Assembly (NCBI GenBank): GCA_963829085.1
Contig: CAWHHJ010000012.1
Location: 267,845-331,844, forward strand
Direction: 5' to 3'
Source: an uncultured beta proteobacterium
GTDB taxonomy: Bacteria; Pseudomonadota; Gammaproteobacteria; Burkholderiales; SG8-41
DNA: 64,000 nt
The position numbers were made by a program, and so were the translations under genes. Positions 55,478 through 64,000 of this stretch are shown piece by piece (position 1 is the stretch's first letter; each line of letters starts with the position of its first letter). Under the pieces are notes generated by a model, which saw only the letters and a list, made by a program, of their open reading frames with translations, did not search any database and was not told where the DNA came from.

Positions 55478-56200
55478 TCACTGCTTGTGTTGATCGTCGG
55501 AGCCTTGTGCCGCGCGTAATGGAATCGACAGAAAGACGCCGAACTCCCGCGCAATATTACAGCTCACGCGCGCGTGCACCTTGCCCTGCTCATCGTAGAA
55601 GCTGGCTCGCGCGGCCAGCGGAAATACAGCCTCATGCCACACGTTCGGATGTATATAGAGTCCTTTGCCGCCATCCACGTAAAAGGCAACAAATTTCTGC
55701 GGTGTTACGTCGTCACCCGGCAGAGCGAGCGGACAGACGAAGGGTTCACCGGCGAGAGGAAAAAACAACTGTCCTCCATCGGGATGGTAATTTGCGTGCC
55801 ATAGCAGCACGCGTGAAGGCGATGCGCTCCCCGAAGTTAGCGCCTCGCCCGGATTCTTAGACCAGCCGAGGAGATAGCGCGAGCCGACCGCCTGGTTCCT
55901 GCCATACAGGATGTCGCCGTCCCACCAGAAATCAAATATGCCGTGCGTCGTCCCGCCTTCGTTACCGGTACCCGGATCACATTGACGCCAACCTGCGAGC
56001 GGCCAGGTAACGATGTCAACGGGGTAGTTGCGATAATCGTCGACAAGTGCGCCGTATCCTTGCAATGACCGCGGCGTTGCGCGCACGAGCGGGACGTCGT
56101 GCCACGGCAGCTCCCGCGGCACATCCGGCGCGAGATATTCGTCCGCAGAGACTGCATTGCTTTTTTTCTGCGATGGTAGGTCCGTCGCAACGGGGCTCAT
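55478..56200 (-). CDS. uncharacterised cupin-fold protein, ureidoglycolate-lyase (AllA/PF04115)-like, co-transcribed with phnW
   Basis: 240 aa. Its ATG overlaps the phnW stop (ATGA, 56197-56200). Segments [46 protein letters not shown] and [16 protein letters not shown] resemble the AllA-type family as I remember it. This needs an HMM check. Confidence 0.65.
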   Translation of the reverse strand: MSPVATDLPSQKKSNAVSADEYLAPDVPRELPWHDVPLVRATPRSLQGYGALVDDYRNYPVDIVTWPLAGWRQCDPGTGNEGGTTHGIFDFWWDGDILYGRNQAVGSRYLLGWSKNPGEALTSGSASPSRVLLWHANYHPDGGQLFFPLAGEPFVCPLALPGDDVTPQKFVAFYVDGGKGLYIHPNVWHEAVFPLAARASFYDEQGKVHARVSCNIAREFGVFLSIPLRAAQGSDDQHKQ

Positions 56201-57339
56201 GCGGCGGCACGCCCTTTAACGGCGGGCCCGAGGTGCGTGATTGCCATTTCCCTGACGGTCGCCGCTATCGCCGCGACCGCCTGCTGCATCTCCGCTTGTC
56301 CAATCGCGCCGATACAGCCGACGCGGAAGGTTTCAACCTGCGTGAGCTTGCCGGGATACAGCGTGAAGCCTCTGCTGCGGACTCTGTCATAGAAAACTGG
56401 AAAACTATAGTTCGCATCCGCCGGCGCATGCCACGTTGTGATGATCGGCGACTGAATGGTGCGCGGCAGAAAAGATACAAAGCCCAGCTTCTCCAGGCCG
56501 CTCATCAACGTCTCGCAGTTACTGCGATAGCGTGCCCCGCGACCGGCAACGCCGCCTTGTGTCTGGAACTGCTCGAGCGCGCAAGCAAGCGCTGCAACGA
56601 CCGTAGTTGGCGGCGTGAATCGCCACTGCTTGGTACGCATATACGACTGCCACTGATCGTAAAGGTCGAGCGAGAGCGAATGACAGTTCCCTTTGCACGC
56701 TTCCAGCGCGCCCTTGCGCATGATGGCGAAACCCATTCCAGGAACACTCTCCAGACACTTTCCTGAGGCGGCTACCAGCGCGTCAAAGCGGATTTTGCGC
56801 GCGTCGATATCGATCGCTCCGAACGAGCTCATCGCATCGATGAAGAGCCCGCGCTTCGAGTTTGCAACGACGGCTGCGATTTCTTCCAGCGGATTCAGGA
56901 TGCCGGTGCTGGTCTCGCAATGCACGAGCGACACGTGGCTGATGGACTGATCCCCGGCAAGCGCTTGAGCAACCATTGCGGGCGTGGTCGGCTCGTCCTC
57001 GGCACTTTGCATCACAGTATGCCGGCGGCCGATGATCTCGCAGATGCGCGCGATGCGTTTGCCGTACTCACCGTTGATGCACACGAGAACGTGACCGTCG
57101 CGTGGAACCAGCGTTCCGAGCGCCGCCTCGACCGAAAACGTCCCGCTGCCCTGCATGAGCACGCAGGTATGATCGTCGCCGCCATGCGCTATGTCGTTCA
57201 ATTGCGTCACGAGCGCGGCTGTCATGTCAATAAAAGCGATGTCGCGCGAGCCGTAGTCACGCAATTGTGCTTCCTTGGTCCGCAGCGTCGTAGTGAGCGG
57301 TCCGGGCGTCAGTAGAATCGGATCTCTGGATTCAGCCAT
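56197..57339 (-). CDS. phnW: 2-aminoethylphosphonate--pyruvate transaminase
   Basis: 380 aa. [17 protein letters not shown]...[12 protein letters not shown]...DAMSSFGA...[14 protein letters not shown] (PLP lysine). It is embedded in the AEP transporter/catabolism locus. Confidence 0.9.
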   Translation of the reverse strand: MAESRDPILLTPGPLTTTLRTKEAQLRDYGSRDIAFIDMTAALVTQLNDIAHGGDDHTCVLMQGSGTFSVEAALGTLVPRDGHVLVCINGEYGKRIARICEIIGRRHTVMQSAEDEPTTPAMVAQALAGDQSISHVSLVHCETSTGILNPLEEIAAVVANSKRGLFIDAMSSFGAIDIDARKIRFDALVAASGKCLESVPGMGFAIMRKGALEACKGNCHSLSLDLYDQWQSYMRTKQWRFTPPTTVVAALACALEQFQTQGGVAGRGARYRSNCETLMSGLEKLGFVSFLPRTIQSPIITTWHAPADANYSFPVFYDRVRSRGFTLYPGKLTQVETFRVGCIGAIGQAEMQQAVAAIAATVREMAITHLGPAVKGRAAA

Positions 57340-57349
57340 CGACTTTCCT

Positions 57350-59068
57350 TCATGTTTGTGCGGCCGGCCTGCGCCATGCCTGAGTCTTCGTTTCCAGCCA
57401 GCGGTTGAGGAGGTAATAGATGAAGCACACGATGGCGCATGTGATCACTATCATCGTCGCCATGGCAGTGGCCGGACCGATCTCACCCGCCTCGTCGAGA
57501 TTCAGGATCGCAATGGCAGCGAGCATCGTATCGGGTGCGTAAAGAAATACGACCGCCGATATCGTCGTCATCGCCGTCACGAAAAAATAGCGGCTGATTT
57601 CGAGTATTGCAGGCATGCATACGGGCACCGTCACCACGAAAAACGTTTTAAAGAACGGCACCTTCAGCGATGCCGATACCGACTCGAATTCGTTGTCTAT
57701 CTGCTTTAACGCGGTCACTGCCGTGAGATGGCTCGACGCGTAATAGTGAACGATCGTTGAGATCACCAGTATCGACATCGTGTGATACAGACCGTTGAGC
57801 GGATTGTAGGGATGATTGAAAAAGAAAATGAATCCCAGGCCAAGCACGAGGCCGGGCACGCCCATGGGCAGCACAGCAAACATGCCCAGCACTTGGCGTA
57901 ACCAATCCAGGCCGCGCGTTTTCTCGAGCAGATAAGCGCATACAAACACGAACGCCGTACCCAACGTCGCGCACCACAGCGACATTTTGACGCTGTTCAC
58001 ATAAGCGTCGAAGATGCCGGCTTCGATGAGCCCCATGCGATAGTGATTAACGCTGAAGTGCAGGTCGTACGGCCACAGCTTGATGAACGACGCCCACACT
58101 GCCATGCCGAGCACGGCGAGCATGAGCGCGGCGACGAGCCAGCAGAATCCAGCAATCGCCAGGTCGAAACCTCGTGCAGGCTTTGGCGAGTAGGGGACCG
58201 AACGCGAAGAAAGTTGTGCGAGTTGGCGGCGCTTCACGAGCATATCGATGGTGTAGGTGATCAGCACGGGCAGCAGAAGCATGATGCCGACTACCGCGCC
58301 TTTCGAAAAATCCTGCTGGCCGATCACGAGCTTGAAAATGTCCGTCGACAGGACATTGAAATTTCCGCCGATAACCTTCGGCACGCCGAAATCGCTGAGC
58401 GCGTAGGTAAAGACCACGATGGCCGCGCTGATCAATCCGAACTTCGCTGCCGGCAGCGTAATGGTGAAGAATTTGCGTAACGTGCGTGTGCCCATAGAGT
58501 CTGCGGCCTCATAGAGGCGCGCGTCGGTGAGGGATAGCGCAGTTATGAGGATCATCAGCGCATGCGGAAAAGTGGCGTAGACCAAGGACATGACGATACC
58601 CGTTGCGCCATAGATCTGTCGTTCACCCATCAATGCCTTCAAGGCGCCCTGGTTCCCGAACCAATAGATGAACGAAATCGCGGACAAGAGCGACGGTGCG
58701 AGCAGCGGTATCAATGCGATGTTCCGCAGCAGCGACTTAAAGCCAATGCAACTGCGCGTGAGCGCATATGCAAAAGTGAAGGCGGCGGGCACGGTGATGC
58801 AGGTAACGACTGTCGATACGAGCAGGCTATTGACTATCGATTGGGCGAGCGCCGGCGTCTGAAAGTATTCGACGAAGTGCCTTACGCCGACAAAGTTGCC
58901 GTCGATGTCCTCGACGCTTTTCGCCAGTATCATGAATATTGGCGCGAAGAGCGCGATGCCGAGTGCAGCGCCCATTGCGAGCAACGCAATATGCGAGATG
59001 CGCTCGGTCCAATGCGCGCGCTGACGGGTAGACTGCGGCGCGACGCCGGCGGTTAGTACTGCACTCAT
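57350..59068 (-). CDS. 2-aminoethylphosphonate ABC transporter permease (fused double permease, PhnU2-type)
   Basis: 572 aa with 12 TM helices and two BPD_transp_1 halves. This is the Fe3+/AEP-type architecture with a single fused permease. Confidence 0.88.
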   Translation of the reverse strand: MSAVLTAGVAPQSTRQRAHWTERISHIALLAMGAALGIALFAPIFMILAKSVEDIDGNFVGVRHFVEYFQTPALAQSIVNSLLVSTVVTCITVPAAFTFAYALTRSCIGFKSLLRNIALIPLLAPSLLSAISFIYWFGNQGALKALMGERQIYGATGIVMSLVYATFPHALMILITALSLTDARLYEAADSMGTRTLRKFFTITLPAAKFGLISAAIVVFTYALSDFGVPKVIGGNFNVLSTDIFKLVIGQQDFSKGAVVGIMLLLPVLITYTIDMLVKRRQLAQLSSRSVPYSPKPARGFDLAIAGFCWLVAALMLAVLGMAVWASFIKLWPYDLHFSVNHYRMGLIEAGIFDAYVNSVKMSLWCATLGTAFVFVCAYLLEKTRGLDWLRQVLGMFAVLPMGVPGLVLGLGFIFFFNHPYNPLNGLYHTMSILVISTIVHYYASSHLTAVTALKQIDNEFESVSASLKVPFFKTFFVVTVPVCMPAILEISRYFFVTAMTTISAVVFLYAPDTMLAAIAILNLDEAGEIGPATAMATMIVITCAIVCFIYYLLNRWLETKTQAWRRPAAQT

Positions 59069-60166
59069 CTATTTTGCGAAAACGCGGATGTTCGAACTCG
59101 GCAGCGATACGCGGACAGCGCCGCCGCGTTCAATGCGGCAGGCAATCATGTCGCGCGGGGAAAAGTCCGCGATAACGAGTTGCGATGCGATGCCCTCGAC
59201 GCGGATGCCCAGGCGGCACATCGCACCGAGGAATTCGATGTTTTCGATGCGGCCCGCGAACGAATCGGGCCGCTTGTCATCATGGCTGCTGACGACGACA
59301 TCCTCGGGACGCAAAAACACGGAGACTTCGGCGCCGGTGCTGAAATTGACCGGCGTGCCGTTCGTCTTGATGCGGACGTGATCGATCTCCAGTTCCGCTT
59401 GATCGCGAACAGTTGCGCGCAGAATATTTGTCTTGCCGACAAAGTCAGCGACAAACGGCGATGCCGGCTCGCGATACACCTGCATCGGCGTGCCGGTCTG
59501 CTCGATGACGCCCTGATTCATGACGACGACGCGGTCCGCCATCGACAGTGCTTCTTCCTGATCATGCGTGACCAGAATCGTCGTAACGCCGAGACGCTGC
59601 TGCAGACTACGAATTTCGCCTCGCAAGCGGACGCGCACCTGCGCATCGAGCGCCGAAAGCGGTTCGTCGAGCAGCAACAAGCCGGGTGAAGTCGCCAGTG
59701 CGCGCGCGAGTGCAATGCGCTGCTGCTGACCGCCCGAAAGTTGCGACGGATACTTGGCACCGCTGTCAGACAGGCCGATCAGCGACAGCAGTTCCGCAAC
59801 ACGCGCGCGGATGGCGGCTTTTGCCATGCGGCGATTCACGAGACCATAAGCGACGTTGTCGTAGACGCTCAGATTCGGGAACAGTGCATATGATTGGAAG
59901 ACGATGCCGTAATCGCGCATCATCGGCGGCAGTCGCGAGATATCCTTGTCGTGCTGAATGATCGAGCCGCTCGTTTGTACTTCCAGCCCCGCGATAATGC
60001 GAAGGAGCGTAGTCTTCCCGCATCCTGACGGCCCAAGGAAGCACACGAGCTCGCCTTTGTTGATGGCGAGGCTTACGTCGTTGAGCGCGGTGAAGTCGCC
60101 GAAGTGCTTGACGATGCGCTCGATGCGCAGCGCTGCGATTGCCCCGACCTTGCTGGTTTCGTTCAT
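59069..60166 (-). CDS. 2-aminoethylphosphonate ABC transporter ATP-binding protein (PhnT2-type)
   Basis: Walker A GPSGCGKTT, signature LSGGQQQRIALARAL, Walker B LLLLDEP, and a C-terminal TOBE-like domain. I prefer ATG 60166. The track ORF starts at TTG 60187. Confidence 0.9.
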   Translation of the reverse strand: MNETSKVGAIAALRIERIVKHFGDFTALNDVSLAINKGELVCFLGPSGCGKTTLLRIIAGLEVQTSGSIIQHDKDISRLPPMMRDYGIVFQSYALFPNLSVYDNVAYGLVNRRMAKAAIRARVAELLSLIGLSDSGAKYPSQLSGGQQQRIALARALATSPGLLLLDEPLSALDAQVRVRLRGEIRSLQQRLGVTTILVTHDQEEALSMADRVVVMNQGVIEQTGTPMQVYREPASPFVADFVGKTNILRATVRDQAELEIDHVRIKTNGTPVNFSTGAEVSVFLRPEDVVVSSHDDKRPDSFAGRIENIEFLGAMCRLGIRVEGIASQLVIADFSPRDMIACRIERGGAVRVSLPSSNIRVFAK

Positions 60167-60240
60167 GCGGCAGACACGGCCGAACAAAAGGCGTCGACGA
60201 GCATGTGTCCGGCGACGCCTTCCTTATCGGGGCCGCATTG

Positions 60241-61269
60241 TCATTTCTCGGTTTTCGCCGAATAACGCTTCTGCCATTCGGCAAGGATTTTGTCGCGATT
60301 TTTTGCCGCCCATGCGAAATCATTCTTTATCAGCAGCTGTTCATAGTTCTCGGGAATGTTCGGCTGCGGTTGGGCAATGCCCGGCATGGCGACGACCTGC
60401 CACCATGAGGCATAAAGCTGATTCGCTTCTTTGCTCGCAATCCAGTCGAGCAGCTTTTTAGCGGCATCCTGTTTCTTCGTTGTCTTTACGATGCCGGTCG
60501 CCTCGATGTCCCATCCCAGGCCTTCGCTCGGGAAGACGAGCATGACCGGCGCGCCGGATTTTTTGACTTGCTGCGCGCGGTATTCAAAAGAGATGCCGAT
60601 GACGAACTCACCGGCGCCCGACTGACGGCACGGCTTCGAGCCCGAATGCGTGTACTGGGCGATGTTCTCGTGCAATGCGTCCATGTATTTCCAGCCGTCG
60701 CTTTCACCCCACATCTGCAGCCATGCGGTTGCGTCCAGGAATCCCGTGCCCGACGAGGGTGGCGCAGGCATAGTGATCTGGCCTTTATAAACGGCCTTCG
60801 TCAAATCGCGCCACGATTCCGGCTTTGGGATTCCACGCTTGGCTGCTTCCACGACGTTGAAGCACACCGTCGCGCCCCACGCGTCCATGCCGACCCATGC
60901 AGGGACAGGCTTGGGGTCGCTGTATTTGCGCACAAGTTTGTCGAAACCTTTGGGCTTGTATGGCAGCAGCAGCCCCTGCTGGTCGAATACCATCATGCTG
61001 GTCGCCGCCACACCCATGATGACGTCCGCCTGCGGATTCGCTTTTTCGGCGAGGACTTTCGCGGTGATAACGCCGGTCGAATCGCGCACCCATTTCAATT
61101 CGATATTCGGCTCGATTTTGTTGAAGCTGTCGGCGTACACCTTCAACTGGTCCGTTTCAAGTGCGGTGTATACGAGCAGCTGGGTTTTTTGTGCGAAGGT
61201 AAGAGCGCTGGCGAGCGCGAGCACAAGCGTAACGAGCGCACGCAACGAATGGCGCGAGAAAGTGTTCAT
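60241..61269 (-). CDS. 2-aminoethylphosphonate ABC transporter substrate-binding protein (PhnS2-type)
   Basis: ATG 61269 is preceded by GGGAGAG. The signal peptide is MNTFSRHSLRALVTLVLALASALTFA|QK. The mature part is an Fe3+/AEP-type periplasmic binding protein. The first 39 aa of track ORF 60241..61386 were rejected. Confidence 0.85.
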   Translation of the reverse strand: MNTFSRHSLRALVTLVLALASALTFAQKTQLLVYTALETDQLKVYADSFNKIEPNIELKWVRDSTGVITAKVLAEKANPQADVIMGVAATSMMVFDQQGLLLPYKPKGFDKLVRKYSDPKPVPAWVGMDAWGATVCFNVVEAAKRGIPKPESWRDLTKAVYKGQITMPAPPSSGTGFLDATAWLQMWGESDGWKYMDALHENIAQYTHSGSKPCRQSGAGEFVIGISFEYRAQQVKKSGAPVMLVFPSEGLGWDIEATGIVKTTKKQDAAKKLLDWIASKEANQLYASWWQVVAMPGIAQPQPNIPENYEQLLIKNDFAWAAKNRDKILAEWQKRYSAKTEK

Positions 61270-61539
61270 GAAGCTCTCCCTGGTTGGCTGGCTAACCGGC
61301 GACAAGACACGAATCGAGCGTACGGATCGTGCCTGCTGCCGCGCGCCTGATGCTGTCAATCTACCGGTGTTAAGAGGTGAATACAAGCGGGCTGCGGATA
61401 AGTTTTGCCCGCTGGAAACGGATAAACCAGCAAAACCGCTATGACGCCGTCAAAAGCGTAGCAACAGGCCTTGAGGAGCAATTTTAGGACTGCGCAATTA
61501 CGGTTAAATGACAGCCCGGACATTGACAATTAAGAAGAG

Positions 61540-62853
<1,314 letters not shown>

Positions 62854-62873
62854 GCCGCTCACCTGAGGACGCC

Positions 62874-64000
62874 ATGATGGTTACCGCTACGAAGCGCAAA
62901 CAAACAAGCGACGTTGTGCATGAATCCATGCGCATCGGCGGCGAAAAGGTGTCGCGTGATCGCGTCATCGAAGTGTTCAATCCTTACACCGCCGAAGTGA
63001 TCGCAACGGTACCGAAGGCTACTGTCGAGGACATCAGGCGCGCATTTTCGATCGCCAAGGGCTATAAGTCGAAGCTGACGCGCTACCAGCGGGCGCACAT
63101 TCTGGATCGCACGGCCGAGTTGATACGCGCACGCACCGATGAGCTGTCCGATCTGATCACCGCCGAATGCGGCATCTGTAAAAAGGATTCGCTGTACGAA
63201 GTGGGCCGCGCGTGCGACGTCATGAACTTTGCAGCGAACCAGGCGCTGATTGACGACGGCCAGATTTTTTCATGCGACCTGACGCCGCATGGAAAGAAAC
63301 GTCGCGTCTATACGCAGCGCGATCCGCTGCTCGGTGCGATCAGCGCGATTACGCCATTCAATCACCCGCTCAATCAGGTCGCGCACAAGGTTGCGCCATC
63401 GGTGGCGACAAACAACCGTATGGTACTAAAGCCGACTGAGAAGACGCCGCTATCCGCTTTGGTGCTCGCAGACATCCTCTACGAGGCGGGACTGCCGCCG
63501 GAGATGTATCAGGTGGTCACCGGTGACCCGCGTGAGATTGCAGACGAGATGCTGACGAACGAGCACGTCGATCTGATTACATTCACGGGTGGCGTGCCGA
63601 TCGGCAAGTACATCGCCGCCAAGGCCGGATATCGCCGTCAGGTGCTCGAGCTGGGCGGCAACGATCCGATCATCGTTATGGAAGACGCCGATCTCGAGGA
63701 GGCGGCGACGCTCGCGTCTCAGGGCTCTTACAAGAACTCAGGCCAGCGCTGTACAGCAGTCAAGCGCATGCTGGTGCATGAAAAAGTCGCCGATGATTTT
63801 GTCGAGCTGCTGGTCGCGAAGACGAAGGCCTGGAGCTACGGCGATCCCATGGACAAGTCGCTCGATATGGGCACCGTAATCGACGAGCCGGCAGCAAAGT
63901 CGTTTGAAGCCAAGGTCAATGAGGCGGTTACCCGCGGCGCCCGTTTGCTCGTTGGAAATATCCGGCGCGGCGCTCTGTACTCGCCCACCGTCGTCGATCA
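62874..64000 (+). CDS. phnY: phosphonoacetaldehyde dehydrogenase (ALDH superfamily; C-terminus beyond the window)
   Basis: ATG 62874 is preceded by GAGGA, and I translated an open frame to the window end: [14 protein letters not shown]...[34 protein letters not shown]...LELGGNDP...[15 protein letters not shown]. It is absent from the ORF track because there is no stop in the window. It sits directly after phnA. Confidence 0.85.
   Translation, partial: MMVTATKRKQTSDVVHESMRIGGEKVSRDRVIEVFNPYTAEVIATVPKATVEDIRRAFSIAKGYKSKLTRYQRAHILDRTAELIRARTDELSDLITAECGICKKDSLYEVGRACDVMNFAANQALIDDGQIFSCDLTPHGKKRRVYTQRDPLLGAISAITPFNHPLNQVAHKVAPSVATNNRMVLKPTEKTPLSALVLADILYEAGLPPEMYQVVTGDPREIADEMLTNEHVDLITFTGGVPIGKYIAAKAGYRRQVLELGGNDPIIVMEDADLEEAATLASQGSYKNSGQRCTAVKRMLVHEKVADDFVELLVAKTKAWSYGDPMDKSLDMGTVIDEPAAKSFEAKVNEAVTRGARLLVGNIRRGALYSPTVVD

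Overview
This window looks like ordinary chromosome from a betaproteobacterium, probably Burkholderiales. That guess rests on roughly 60% GC by eye, gene order (cinA-recA-recX-alaS, waaF-ilvE, glnE-yhdP-nit-tldD, nth-rnfB, bpt-aat) and several Bug/TctC binding proteins. It is densely coding, about 60 genes. I found no rRNA, tRNA, CRISPR array, IS element, integrase or prophage gene.

Content from left to right:
- Housekeeping genes (recA, recX, alaS, waaF, ilvE, glnE, tldD, greB, DAHP synthase, nth, ald, N-end-rule transferases).
- A Bug/cupin/enolase-superfamily/CoxLMS-like molybdenum hydroxylase island (36-45 kb).
- A LysR plus glutamine-synthetase-like plus Fe-ADH plus PuuD-like plus ALDH cluster (45.5-51.3 kb), consistent with a gamma-glutamylation route for an amino alcohol.
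- A complete 2-aminoethylphosphonate locus (55.5-64 kb): ABC importer, phnW, and divergent phnA-phnY.

Main observations:
1. At least 17 single-base frame disruptions hit 13 otherwise full-length genes, including essential alaS. Sixteen of the 17 behave as +1 insertions, and six fall within 7.6-9.6 kb. I read most as assembly errors, but the sequence alone cannot settle this.
2. An uncharacterised cupin that resembles ureidoglycolate lyase is translationally coupled to phnW.
3. A secreted trypsin-fold protein has Tyr in place of the catalytic Ser.

I do not see a clear new multi-gene system such as a defence island. All family assignments come from reading the translations, not from database searches.
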